From IMG/VR virus record IMGVR_UViG_3300027533_000667, positions 13,626-77,625 of that record: a stretch of 64,000 nucleotides of DNA; one strand, 5' to 3'. This DNA is from a virus. Lineage: Duplodnaviria; Caudoviricetes. The notes beneath the pieces are model-generated. The model was not told where the DNA came from and did not search any database. It saw only the letters and a program-made list of their open reading frames with translations. The stretch's first letter is position 1. Each line of letters opens with the position of its first letter. A program made the position numbers and the translations under genes. This document shows, in pieces, positions 1-9,236 of the stretch.

Positions 1-339
1 AAGCGATCCACCAGACTCAACCGTATGTTGTTTCTGCGAACAGAAAAAGCCAAAGATGGTTGTCGTGCAGATTTGTGGTACGAATCGCTGTTGGCCAGCG
101 TGTAAGGAATGCCGGAAAGCCTACAGCGGAAGATGGAAATACCCAAGATGACTAACCACTCGCCGCGGCGGGCAAGGAGACGAAGGGATGAAATCATGGC
201 TCGACCTGCTCCATCTCCACGACCGCGTGTGGCGCTGCTACCGCTGGTCGTTCGCAAAGCGCCGACGGATTTGTCAGTCGATCCACGAGCGGATGATCCG
301 AGTCCATTTGGAAGACGCCGAGAAACGAAAGGTGACGTC

Positions 340-711
340 ATGACCGACGCCGAACTGCGAGAGCGAGTTAAAAGTTCTCTGGAGCATTCGACACACGATG
401 CTTACGTTCACGAAGCCGCTCACCGCTGGCTCGAAATGACGCGGGCTGACGACGGGGAGGCGATTGATGAGGCGTTCCTGCTCTCAATTGAATTCAGTAA
501 GGACGACACGAATGGCGACGTTGCCTATTGGACGTACTGCGATCCACCAGAAAACTTGTGGGTCGGACAAGTAGAGAAAACCAAGGACTGGCACGTTTGG
601 CTCGCCAGCCCGGACGAGATCGTTGTCACGTTCCAAAGAGAGTACAGAACTCGCGGCCATCTTCGTCATCTCTGCAAATCGTTAGGCATCGAACTGAAGG
701 AGACGCCGTGA
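340..711 (+). CDS. hypothetical phage protein
   Basis: ATG at 340 after a purine-rich leader; the stop overlaps the next GTG (GTGA). The longer 109 start looks like a low-complexity extension. Confidence 0.6.
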   Translation: MTDAELRERVKSSLEHSTHDAYVHEAAHRWLEMTRADDGEAIDEAFLLSIEFSKDDTNGDVAYWTYCDPPENLWVGQVEKTKDWHVWLASPDEIVVTFQREYRTRGHLRHLCKSLGIELKETP

Positions 712-1046
712 CCATCGACGACATGACAGCCGATGAGTTCGAGCGGGAAGTGGAGCAGCATCAAGCACCACACCACGCTTTTTGGGTTCAGGTCCGACGT
801 GATATATACGACCGTCTCGTCCGCGAGCGGAAGGAGCGGGGCGAGCGATTGAAAGAGCGTGATAGATTAGTTGATCGAGTTGTTTTAATGGAGGAACGTC
901 TTACGAAGTCAGAAAAAGATTGCGACTCGCTCGCCGCACAACTCGCCGAGGCGAAGGCGGAGGTCGAGCGATGGGAAAAGACCGCTGAGAACACCTCAAT
1001 TTGCCAGGGGTGCGGCGAGGACAAAGGGGACTGTGTTTGCAACTAA
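708..1046 (+). CDS. coiled-coil protein with C-terminal Cys cluster (CQGC..CVC)
   Basis: GTG start overlaps the upstream TGA; heptad-like E/R/L-rich helix. Confidence 0.6.
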   Translation: MTIDDMTADEFEREVEQHQAPHHAFWVQVRRDIYDRLVRERKERGERLKERDRLVDRVVLMEERLTKSEKDCDSLAAQLAEAKAEVERWEKTAENTSICQGCGEDKGDCVCN

Positions 1047-1073
1047 CCATCGGCCTCGGGCCGGGAGCGAGAC

Positions 1074-1517
1074 GTGAGCGAGCATCGAATCGAATTCGTT
1101 GGCCAACAATCAGGCGACATGGAATGTTTCTGTTTTGAGGTTGACCTTGAAACATATAGAAGACTCGAAAAGCGTGAACCGGATTATTACGACATGTGTG
1201 GTCGGAGCGATCCATTTGAGCCGGACGGCTGGAAGCCCGATCCGTCGGCTTTGTATCGCTACTACCCGGATTTTGGTGAGCAAAAAGATAAACCGATCCA
1301 CGTTCGGATTGCAACTAGCGACGAACCGATTCCTGAAGACGCGGTGACGAAGTTGGTGGCGGCGGCGAGACTTGCCGAACCGCTCTTGGATGAGGCGTCC
1401 AAGATGGCACCGTGCAAACCGGACTGCGGGTGTTGCCTGGAAATCATTAAGGATCGGCAAGAGGCGTTTGAGAGCATTCGTGCCGCCCTCGCCGCATTCC
1501 CGGATACGACATCATGA
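1074..1517 (+). CDS. hypothetical protein
   Basis: 147-aa ORF coupled to the next gene by ATGA overlap. Confidence 0.6.
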   Translation: MSEHRIEFVGQQSGDMECFCFEVDLETYRRLEKREPDYYDMCGRSDPFEPDGWKPDPSALYRYYPDFGEQKDKPIHVRIATSDEPIPEDAVTKLVAAARLAEPLLDEASKMAPCKPDCGCCLEIIKDRQEAFESIRAALAAFPDTTS

Positions 1518-1705
1518 CCTGCCCGAAGTGCAAATCGCCGAACGCCCACCGCCGTAGCGGCGTCCATTTCGATCATGAGTATCGTTGCGGCGAATGCGGG
1601 TTCGTGTGGGAGCCGTGCCATAAGTGCGGAATGCCGGCGGCAAAAGATGATTTGTTTTGTGCGGAGTGCCGAGAATCTGTGCATAGAGAGGAGAAGCGAA
1701 CATGA
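1514..1705 (+). CDS. small double zinc-ribbon protein
   Basis: Four CxxC pairs (CPKC, CGEC, CHKC, CAEC); ATGA overlaps at both ends. Confidence 0.65.
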   Translation: MTCPKCKSPNAHRRSGVHFDHEYRCGECGFVWEPCHKCGMPAAKDDLFCAECRESVHREEKRT

Positions 1706-1929
1706 CGCCAGCGGAACAGGCGGCGAAGGAATACGCCGACAACCAGACCGACGTGCAGCCGTACCACAAAGGGTTGAGGTTGGCCTTCCTCGCCGGCGCA
1801 GCGTGGCAGCGTGAGGAAAGCAAACCAAAGCCGGCGTCGCATCCTTGCCGATGTTCGAAGTGTGACCATCTTTTTGAATCGACCGAGTATCCGTCGCCGT
1901 GTCCAAAATGTAGGCATGTGTGGACGTGA
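1702..1929 (+). CDS. hypothetical protein with C-terminal zinc ribbon
   Basis: CSKC...CPKC; ATGA-coupled. Confidence 0.6.
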   Translation: MTPAEQAAKEYADNQTDVQPYHKGLRLAFLAGAAWQREESKPKPASHPCRCSKCDHLFESTEYPSPCPKCRHVWT

Positions 1930-1951
1930 TCCGCGACGAAGGGAGGGCGGG

Positions 1952-2323
1952 GTGAAAGTCATCATTGCTGGTTCGCGAGATGCGCCCAAGCACGTCCTTG
2001 ATTGCTTGGCGTTTGTGATCGACCAACTCATCAACAAGCGCTGGGAAATCGATGAGATTGTATCAGGCGGATGCGCCGGACCGGACATGGCCGGCGAAGA
2101 TTGGGCCATAGTCTACGGCGTCCCGGTGAAGCGGTTCGATGCCGACTGGAAGAAACACGGCAAGGCGGCAGGACCGATTCGCAATCGCGAGATGGCAGAC
2201 TACGCCGATGCCGCGGTTGTGATTTGGGACGGCAAGAGTCGCGGCAGCAAAAACATGATCGACGAGATGAAGAAACGCGGCAAACCTGTTGAGGTCGTTA
2301 TATTCGGAGCGAAGCCAGCATGA
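1952..2323 (+). CDS. SLOG-fold protein (DUF2493/YspA-like)
   Basis: VIIAGSR, IVSGGCAGPD, ADWKKHGKAAGPIRNREMADYADA, WDGKSRGSKNMI match the family pattern; GTG start at 1952 after GGAGG. Confidence 0.85.
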   Translation: MKVIIAGSRDAPKHVLDCLAFVIDQLINKRWEIDEIVSGGCAGPDMAGEDWAIVYGVPVKRFDADWKKHGKAAGPIRNREMADYADAAVVIWDGKSRGSKNMIDEMKKRGKPVEVVIFGAKPA

Positions 2324-3171
2324 CCGCCATCTCCTCCGACTGCGACGCCCTTCTCCGAGCGATCCTCGAAGCGCCGCGCGATGATGCGCCGCGGCTCGTC
2401 ATGGCGGATTGGCTGCAAGAGCACGCCAGGGAGGTTGAGTGCGAGCGGTGCGAGGGAGGAACTCTCAGCGTTTGGGAAGAACACTCGCACCAATTTTGCC
2501 CTAAGTGCTCCTGCTCCGGCCGCGTGTCGAACGGCTTGGCGGAACGGGCCGAGTTTATTCGCGTGGGGGTGGAGCTGGCTAGAACGCCGGACCACGAGTA
2601 CGGCATGATCACTTACGAAGATTCCGTCTACGGCGGCACAGTCACGCAAAGCAACGTTAAGTATGCCGACCGAAGATTGGAGTTAGAAGCACGTTCGCGT
2701 GGACTCTTGGACACTCACGGCGAGCGCTGGACGATGGATGATCTTAAGAAGCCGTGCGGGTATCGGAATGACGATAGTTTTGAGGTACGATTGGACAGAG
2801 AAAGCGGACCATCTTGGGTTGAATATTCACGCGGCTACATCTCAGCAATTACCCTCTCCGCCGACGATTTCGAACGGCACGCGGAGGCGATCTTCAGGCG
2901 GGTGCCGGTGGAGCGGGTGACGCTGTCGGACAAGAGGCCGTATTGGAACGGCGGCGGATATTGCTGGTATGACCATGAGCGTGGAAACCATAGCCAATCT
3001 GTACCAGCGACTGCAAACATTCCAAGAGATTTGTTCAATGGATTGTCAAGAGTCAAATATCAGTTAAATCGGTGGGAGTCTTTCGCCTCCGAACCAGTCG
3101 CGCACGCCGCCCTCTCCGCCGCGCTCGTGAAAGTGGGGCGGCAGCGGACGGGACTGCCAATCCAAAAATAG
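2320..3171 (+). CDS. TIGR02996 domain-containing protein
   Basis: N-terminal ALLRAILEAPRDDAPRLVMADWLQE...ERAEFIRVGVELAR signature, interrupted by a Cys-rich insert. Confidence 0.85.
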   Translation: MTAISSDCDALLRAILEAPRDDAPRLVMADWLQEHAREVECERCEGGTLSVWEEHSHQFCPKCSCSGRVSNGLAERAEFIRVGVELARTPDHEYGMITYEDSVYGGTVTQSNVKYADRRLELEARSRGLLDTHGERWTMDDLKKPCGYRNDDSFEVRLDRESGPSWVEYSRGYISAITLSADDFERHAEAIFRRVPVERVTLSDKRPYWNGGGYCWYDHERGNHSQSVPATANIPRDLFNGLSRVKYQLNRWESFASEPVAHAALSAALVKVGRQRTGLPIQK

Positions 3172-3186
3172 AATGGAGATAATGCC

Positions 3187-3930
3187 GTGTTTCTTCGGCC
3201 GTTTTTCAGCTTTTACGGTTCTAAATATCAGGCGTGTAGACAAAGGCTATATCCATCCCCACTGCATTCTACAATCGTAGAGCCGTTTGCCGGAGCAGCT
3301 GGATACTCCGTCAACAACTTTCGTCGTAATGTAGTGCTATTCGACATTGATCCGATCATATACGGCATTTGGCATTATCTGATTCACGTCAAGGCAAGTG
3401 AAATAAGAGCATTGCCAAAGACAATCGAATGCGTTGACGACGTTCGAGCGCCGCAAGAAGCGTTGTGGCTGATCGGATTCTGGTTGGGCAGAGGCGGGTC
3501 TTCTCCTAGAAGCAAACCTACGCCTTGGATGAAGAATAGATTGTCCGGTCAGAATTTCTATTGGGGTGATTATGTCAGAGGCATGATCGCTCATCAACTC
3601 AAATACATTAGGCATTGGAAAGTATATCATGCCTCATACAAATTGTGTCATAACAGAGAAGCATCATGGTACATCGACCCGCCTTATCAGAATCCAGCAG
3701 GCCGTCATTACAAACACAATAAGATCGACTTCGATCATCTAGGTGATTGGTGCCGTAGAAGAAAGGGGCAGGTTATAGTATGTGAGGGCAGAGACGCTGA
3801 TTGGCTGCCGTTCCGACCTTTGAAGAAACTGAATGCAACTGTCAAGAAAGGCGGAGTCAGCAAAAAGAGTCAGGAAGTGGTTTGGATCAAAACAGATAGG
3901 CATACGGGTTTCAAAAACTTGTGGCTTTGA
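3187..3930 (+). CDS. DNA adenine methyltransferase (Dam/D12-like)
   Basis: FYGSK, EPFAGAAG (SAM-binding) and YIDPPY (N6-adenine catalytic motif). Confidence 0.85.
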   Translation: MFLRPFFSFYGSKYQACRQRLYPSPLHSTIVEPFAGAAGYSVNNFRRNVVLFDIDPIIYGIWHYLIHVKASEIRALPKTIECVDDVRAPQEALWLIGFWLGRGGSSPRSKPTPWMKNRLSGQNFYWGDYVRGMIAHQLKYIRHWKVYHASYKLCHNREASWYIDPPYQNPAGRHYKHNKIDFDHLGDWCRRRKGQVIVCEGRDADWLPFRPLKKLNATVKKGGVSKKSQEVVWIKTDRHTGFKNLWL

Positions 3931-3950
3931 GAATGCAAAGGAGCAATAAC

Positions 3951-4445
3951 ATGAGCGATCATTCAGACGAAGAGATCAGCAAGGAAATAGGACCAGCATC
4001 ACGAGTCGTCGGTGAAAGAATCGAAGAATTTATTTTTGGCGGTGGCGTGAGTTACGAATTCATCAACATGCCTGGTACGGAACCAAGGAAGGCTTTGTGT
4101 TATTACGTGCCTAATGGACTGGCAGATTTGTTCACAGAACGAGGAATCTGTGATTTGATTTGGAAGTTCATTGCCGAGTTTAGTCACAGAGAAATCAAAA
4201 CCATTTCAGCATATTCAGCCCACTCAGATCGTGAAGGATTCACAGCATTCTTCCATCCGTCCATGAAACCAGAAGATCAAGAGCCGTTCATTGCCATGTT
4301 GGAAGAACGCAAAGCCGGAATGTTGGCAAGATTTCCAACGAGTGTTTTGGAATTGGAATTGGTGAAACGAGCAAATGATCATAACTGCATAGCCAACATT
4401 TCATACACAACAAAAACACCGCCGTCAGACAAATGGAGAGAGTGA
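3951..4445 (+). CDS. hypothetical protein
   Basis: AGGAG SD upstream of ATG 3951; fills the gap between neighbours. Confidence 0.6.
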   Translation: MSDHSDEEISKEIGPASRVVGERIEEFIFGGGVSYEFINMPGTEPRKALCYYVPNGLADLFTERGICDLIWKFIAEFSHREIKTISAYSAHSDREGFTAFFHPSMKPEDQEPFIAMLEERKAGMLARFPTSVLELELVKRANDHNCIANISYTTKTPPSDKWRE

Positions 4446-4446
4446 A

Positions 4447-4683
4447 ATGAAAGTATGGATTGTGTTCGAGAATGACTATGACGGATATATGCTGCTTGGT
4501 ATCTTCACAAACAAAAGAGCAGCCGAAGACAGCAGGGATTATTACAACCGACCTATGCCAAATTCTGACTACGTTGACGGCATTGAAACTAAAAGTGCCG
4601 TCTTGGAAGAAATCGAAACTGACGTTAGAATGGGACATAAAACGGATTGGCGGGAGAAAATTGATGTTCGTGCCGAAGACTAG
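4447..4683 (+). CDS. small phage protein (MKVWIV...LLGIFT..KRAAE type)
   Basis: Pattern typical of small phage proteins; 61724..61918 has a similar pattern. Confidence 0.55.
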   Translation: MKVWIVFENDYDGYMLLGIFTNKRAAEDSRDYYNRPMPNSDYVDGIETKSAVLEEIETDVRMGHKTDWREKIDVRAED

Positions 4684-5863
4684 CTTGACTGTGATAGGGC
4701 AAACATCCTCCGGCATACCTAAGTGCGGCAAATGCGGTTTGTACCGCACATGCAAATCTCCAAAGATGGAACCACACGGCAAGGGCCGGAAGGGAATCCT
4801 GATAGTCGGCGAAGCGCCGGGAGAGCAGGAAGACAGGGATGGAATCCAATTCACCGGCAAAACCGGAAAGACTTTGCAGCGCGTTCTTGCCAGTCACGAC
4901 ATCGACATGCGTAAGGATTGCTGGACCACAAACGCCAACATCTGTCGGCCGCCTAACAACGAAACGCCAAATGATAAATTGATCGGTTACTGCCGACCTA
5001 CTCTGATCAAAACTATTCAAGAGTTGAATCCGACAGTCATAATTCTGCTTGGAGGTAATGCCGTCAAATCTCTAATCGGCAAGTATTGGAGGCGATCAAT
5101 CGGAGGCATAACACGATGGCGTGGCTGGCGGATTCCGCATAGGGACTTGAACACTTGGATTTGTCCTACATTCCATCCGTCCTATATTGAACATATGGAC
5201 AATCGGGTTGTTAGTAGGATGTTCTCGCAAGACTTGCAAGCTGCTGTCGCACTGAATGAGCGGCCATATGCAGAACGCCCGAACGATGAGATCAAGATCA
5301 TCATTGACGCCGACAAAGCAACTAGATGGCTGCACAGAATAAAAGACGGCGATACGATTGCCTTCGACTTTGAATCCAACCCGCTGAAGCCAGATCGAGA
5401 CGGATCATACATAGTCAGCTGCTCTGTTTGTAAGAATGGAATATGGACGATTGCCTTTCCGTGGTATGGTTCGGTTGTTGCTGCGATGAAGCGCATCCTC
5501 AAGAATCCTAAGATCAAAAAGATCGGATCGAACATCAAACACGAGCATCGCTGGTGCAAGCGGATTCTGGACATCGAAGTCAAAGGATGGTATTTGGATA
5601 CGATGCTCATGGCTCATACGTTAGATTCTCGTGGCAAAATAACCAGCCTCAAATTCCAAGCATTCGTCCGGCTTGGCGTAAACGATTACAGTGCCCACAT
5701 CGAGCCGTATCTGGAAACGAAAGGCGGGAATGAGTGGAACAAGATCAAGCAGATAGACTTGCCATCTTTGCTGCAATACAACGGTTACGATAGTTTGTAC
5801 GAGTATCAAGTAGCAATGTACCAACTGGAGGAAATCGAAAATGGCGCAAACTCTGCTAATTGA
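4664..5863 (+). CDS. family-4 uracil-DNA glycosylase fused to a PolA-type 3'-5' exonuclease (N-terminal part of a split DNA polymerase)
   Basis: UDG4 motifs CGKC, VGEAPG, TNANICRPP, FHPSY; exonuclease motifs AFDFES (ExoI), NIKHE (ExoII), YNGYDS (ExoIII). Confidence 0.85.
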   Translation: MFVPKTSLTVIGQTSSGIPKCGKCGLYRTCKSPKMEPHGKGRKGILIVGEAPGEQEDRDGIQFTGKTGKTLQRVLASHDIDMRKDCWTTNANICRPPNNETPNDKLIGYCRPTLIKTIQELNPTVIILLGGNAVKSLIGKYWRRSIGGITRWRGWRIPHRDLNTWICPTFHPSYIEHMDNRVVSRMFSQDLQAAVALNERPYAERPNDEIKIIIDADKATRWLHRIKDGDTIAFDFESNPLKPDRDGSYIVSCSVCKNGIWTIAFPWYGSVVAAMKRILKNPKIKKIGSNIKHEHRWCKRILDIEVKGWYLDTMLMAHTLDSRGKITSLKFQAFVRLGVNDYSAHIEPYLETKGGNEWNKIKQIDLPSLLQYNGYDSLYEYQVAMYQLEEIENGANSAN

Positions 5864-6077
5864 ACATGTGGTGGATCGAATCGCTTTGGCTGAGTTAGAT
5901 ACGATACACGAGTTCGTGTATTATGTCGAACGCGGCAGAACGCACGGACCATTCAAACCTATAGGCAATGGCTTGTTGATGAACATCCATGGCTGTACAT
6001 TTCCAGTCCATGCGATTTCTAATACGGCAGTATTCTTCGTGAAGGGAGACAACTCTAAACTATTCAAGGGAGAATGA
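5841..6077 (+). CDS. hypothetical protein
   Basis: GGAGG SD; lies between the two polymerase genes. Confidence 0.6.
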   Translation: MAQTLLIEHVVDRIALAELDTIHEFVYYVERGRTHGPFKPIGNGLLMNIHGCTFPVHAISNTAVFFVKGDNSKLFKGE

Positions 6078-6081
6078 TGAC

Positions 6082-6408
6082 ATGAACGAAATATACACAC
6101 CAACTGTTCCTTTTGCCGACATCAAGCAAGAAATCGCTTTCAGGGCTTTGGATAAGATCAAGACAATGACAGAAGATCAAGTTAGATACGCTTTGTGGTG
6201 TACATTAACTTTGCTTTTCGGTGATCCTAGCAGCAATGCAACGGAAGTTGTGGATCGGTGTGAATTCAGTCTAGAATCGCCGTTAGCTATTAGAGAAGCG
6301 CACTTGATTCTTACTCAGATAGGCATTGGTAGAGTGATACCCCTTTCCGCAGATCGTAGAAAAGCAGAACTTGAAGTATTCAAGAAAGGATTACATGCAA
6401 AACACTGA
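6082..6408 (+). CDS. hypothetical protein
   Basis: 108-aa ORF in operon context. Confidence 0.55.
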   Translation: MNEIYTPTVPFADIKQEIAFRALDKIKTMTEDQVRYALWCTLTLLFGDPSSNATEVVDRCEFSLESPLAIREAHLILTQIGIGRVIPLSADRRKAELEVFKKGLHAKH

Positions 6409-6538
6409 CCGCGAAGATAGTAAAGCAATTGGCTATCTCGGTCTGATCATGGCGGTCATGGCATTGTTCATGCTGTGTCTGCGCAATGGATGGGATTTGT
6501 ATCTGCTGCGTCCGATTTGGAAACTCTTTGGAGCATAA
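6395..6538 (+). CDS. small membrane protein (47 aa)
   Basis: Read manually: MQNTDREDSKAIGYLGLIMAVMALFMLCLRNGWDLYLLRPIWKLFGA, one hydrophobic helix; below the ORF-track cutoff. Confidence 0.5.
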   Translation: MQNTDREDSKAIGYLGLIMAVMALFMLCLRNGWDLYLLRPIWKLFGA

Positions 6539-6541
6539 ACT

Positions 6542-6793
6542 ATGGTCTTAGTCACAATCCAGTTGGTATCTGCTCATGGTGAAGATAAGAATAGAATGCT
6601 TTGTGTTATGAAGATCAGCAATGACGGAACAGGCACTAAAGAGTTAGGCAATTACAACTACGTCCTATCTCACGCTGGCAAGTACATCGGTAAGAGAGGG
6701 GTATATAGAAAAGGCAGGATCGAAAACTTCCCACGGAATGCCAGTCCATATCGCCTAATACAAAGGTGCTTGAAACATGCCGGTGAAATATGA
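6542..6793 (+). CDS. hypothetical phage protein
   Basis: ISNDGTGT..LGNYNY pattern recurrent in phage proteins; ATGA overlap downstream. Confidence 0.6.
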   Translation: MVLVTIQLVSAHGEDKNRMLCVMKISNDGTGTKELGNYNYVLSHAGKYIGKRGVYRKGRIENFPRNASPYRLIQRCLKHAGEI

Positions 6794-7068
6794 GTAGAGT
6801 CGCTGACAATCGCCGGTATAGTGTTCAGCGCACACTGCTGATTCTATTGATTGGCAGCAAGTGCACCTATTGTCAAGAACGGCGTCCTTGGAAATTGGAA
6901 TTTCATCATACCAAAAAGACCAATTGGAAGCCATGGAAAACCAGCAGACACAGACGAATCCGACGATATATGAAAGATTGGATAGACGGATCATGTGTAT
7001 TGGCTTGCGGTAAATGTAATAAAAAACAAGGCAGCCCAGACCACGAAGACGACATCATTCCATTTTGA
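6790..7068 (+). CDS. small HNH-type endonuclease
   Basis: CTYC...LEFHH...LACGKCNKK zinc/HNH layout. Confidence 0.65.
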   Translation: MSRVADNRRYSVQRTLLILLIGSKCTYCQERRPWKLEFHHTKKTNWKPWKTSRHRRIRRYMKDWIDGSCVLACGKCNKKQGSPDHEDDIIPF

Positions 7069-7074
7069 GGTACA

Positions 7075-8550
7075 ATGCCTAAATACACATCCACGATGGA
7101 AGCATACCAATTGCTTCACGAAGGCACTCTAGTCTTGTCGGAGATCGAACACAACGGCGTCAGAATAGATAAGGATTATCTCGACGCCACGATCCTAGAC
7201 ATCGACGAGAAGATTAACGACCTCACCAACAAGATGAAGAAGGACAAAGAGGTTTATCCAAGATGGCGCAAACGGTATGGCAGCAAACGATCCTCTCCGA
7301 CCAGAGTTGAACTCGCAAAAGTGCTGAACAAGATGGGTTATGATCTGCCTAAGACTGCTAGTGAATTGGAAAACGAAGACGAATTTGGCAGCCAAGTTAA
7401 CAAGACAGTGCTGGAGAAACTAAGGACGGAATTACCGTTCCTGAAAGACTTCCAAGACATAGAACGGCTGAAATACACAAAGGCCACGTACTTCGCCGGC
7501 ATCCAACGAGAGTTAATCAGGCATCATAAAGATTGGTACGTCCACCCATCGTACAATCTCAACACTGTAATCACAATTCGATCATCTTGCAACGCTCCTA
7601 ACTTTCAAAACATTCCGGTGCGAAATCCAGTAATTGCCGAAATGGTTCGGAAGTGTTATATCCCGCCGGATGGGTGGTACTTTGTCGAGGTCGATTTCGA
7701 GCAGTTGGAAGTCAAGATTTCTTACTGCTATCACAAAGACCCAACGATGGGCAAATACCTCAATGAGAATGTAGACTACCATAGGCAATTCGCCTCTCGC
7801 ATATTCATGGCGGATGAAGATCAGATAAGCAAGAATGCCAGATACGCCGCCAAGAACATGTTCACATTCCCGCAGTTCTACGGCTCCGTGTACTTCCAAT
7901 GCGCCGAAGCCTTGTGGAATTCGATGGACGTACTGGATGGTATGAGGTTGATGAAAGAAGGCGACGACCCTAAGAATCCTACAGGCAGATCGCTGAGGAA
8001 TCATCTTGAAAGAAAAGGCATAACCAAACTAGGCAAGTGTGATCCGCAGATCAACACCAGAACTGGCACATTCGAGCATCATATAAAGCAATTAGAGAAG
8101 ACTTTATGGGAGGATGAGTTCCCCGTCTACAACGAATGGAAGCGAACGTGGTACGACAAGTATCTGCGTGACGGCGGATTCATGATGAAGACTGGATTTG
8201 CCGTTAATGCGTTTCTGAAGCGGAATGACGTTATCAACTATCCGGTGCAAGGACCGGCATTCCATTGCATGTTGAAATGCCTAATCAAGATCAGCAAATG
8301 GTTACGTAAGTACAAGATGAAAAGCAAGATGGTTGGAGAGATTCATGACTCGGCACAATTCGTATGCCCACACAATGAACTGCAAGACGTTCTCACTTAC
8401 TGCCATTGGGTGATGACAGTCTGGTTGCCGAGAGAATTGAAGTGGATCATTGCTCCGATGGAGACTGAGACGGAAGTCTCCCCGCGCGGGGAGTCGTGGT
8501 ATGCTAAAAAGGTGTGGAACCGAAAGAAGGGAGTGTGGCAAGCCGCATGA
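7075..8550 (+). CDS. polA: family A DNA polymerase, polymerase domain only
   Basis: Starts with the thumb helix LSEIEHNGVRID; motif A DFEQLEVK, motif B RYAAKNMFTFPQFYG, INYPVQG, motif C EIHDS; no exonuclease domain. Confidence 0.92.
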   Translation: MPKYTSTMEAYQLLHEGTLVLSEIEHNGVRIDKDYLDATILDIDEKINDLTNKMKKDKEVYPRWRKRYGSKRSSPTRVELAKVLNKMGYDLPKTASELENEDEFGSQVNKTVLEKLRTELPFLKDFQDIERLKYTKATYFAGIQRELIRHHKDWYVHPSYNLNTVITIRSSCNAPNFQNIPVRNPVIAEMVRKCYIPPDGWYFVEVDFEQLEVKISYCYHKDPTMGKYLNENVDYHRQFASRIFMADEDQISKNARYAAKNMFTFPQFYGSVYFQCAEALWNSMDVLDGMRLMKEGDDPKNPTGRSLRNHLERKGITKLGKCDPQINTRTGTFEHHIKQLEKTLWEDEFPVYNEWKRTWYDKYLRDGGFMMKTGFAVNAFLKRNDVINYPVQGPAFHCMLKCLIKISKWLRKYKMKSKMVGEIHDSAQFVCPHNELQDVLTYCHWVMTVWLPRELKWIIAPMETETEVSPRGESWYAKKVWNRKKGVWQAA

Positions 8551-8834
8551 TAACTAAAGAATTCGCCAAACAATTGGCAGAAGATGTATTGTCAGCAGAT
8601 GAGATCGAAAGACGACTGCTCCTATTCCTATGCAAATTTACAAAGGGATATGGAGATCATACGCCTGAAAGAGCCAAAGAACGGCAGTATGCAAACACAC
8701 GCGGATTCTTCTGGCTTCCTTGCTTCATATGCGGTAAATGGCTGGGTGACATGCAATCCAAGATCAATAATGGCTTTTCTATCCTTGCGGACCAACGACG
8801 AAACAGCCAAATTCGTTTCATATCCGTTATATGA
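8547..8834 (+). CDS. hypothetical protein, probably truncated or chimeric at its 3' end
   Basis: ATGA-coupled to the polymerase; GFFWLPCFICG motif; the 3' part overlaps the thyX remnant in another frame. Confidence 0.45.
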   Translation: MITKEFAKQLAEDVLSADEIERRLLLFLCKFTKGYGDHTPERAKERQYANTRGFFWLPCFICGKWLGDMQSKINNGFSILADQRRNSQIRFISVI

Positions 8835-8931
8835 AATTGAAGTGGCGGCTAGAATTGTAGAAGACATATTTTCAAGAGAATGGCCACTTACCTACAAAGC
8901 ATTTGTAGAGAACGGCAGGGTCGGCCCATGA
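8743..8931 (+). pseudogene. thyX: C-terminal remnant (~62 aa) of flavin-dependent thymidylate synthase
   Basis: WVTCNPRSIMAFLSLRT...SYPLYEIE...WPLTYKAFVENGRVGP matches the C-terminus of actinobacterial-type ThyX; the RHRxxS motif and N-terminal part are absent. Confidence 0.75.
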
Positions 8932-9236
8932 AATACGTTATCGGGTATAATGACAGCACCGGATATCATCATCCAATTGTCTTTGATGAGCATATAGTCC
9001 ATGCGCACGTTGCGGCGGTTTTGCATCTGAACAAATGTAAAATAATGTCTGCCGGTTTCGTCAATCTGCACAACGGTGTTTGGGGAGTTTCGTCTCGCAA
9101 AAGCAAAAGCCTCAATCTAGGACCATCGCCGAATGACGAATTTATCCTCAATCAATTCCTGATTGAAAATCTTTCTGGTTTGAATTTAGCCAATGCAGTC
9201 ATATACAGAGAGATTCAGAAAAGGAAAGGCAAATGA
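8928..9236 (+). CDS. hypothetical phage protein
   Basis: PIVF..H..H...SAGF pattern; ATGA overlaps. Confidence 0.6.
   Translation: MKYVIGYNDSTGYHHPIVFDEHIVHAHVAAVLHLNKCKIMSAGFVNLHNGVWGVSSRKSKSLNLGPSPNDEFILNQFLIENLSGLNLANAVIYREIQKRKGK

Noticed and set aside
5864-7074. Group I intron with an HNH interrupting the polymerase (as in SPO1)
   Set aside because: The interval is filled by five ORFs with their own SDs, both polymerase halves have proper start and stop codons, and I found no P7 (GACUA/UAGUC) core.
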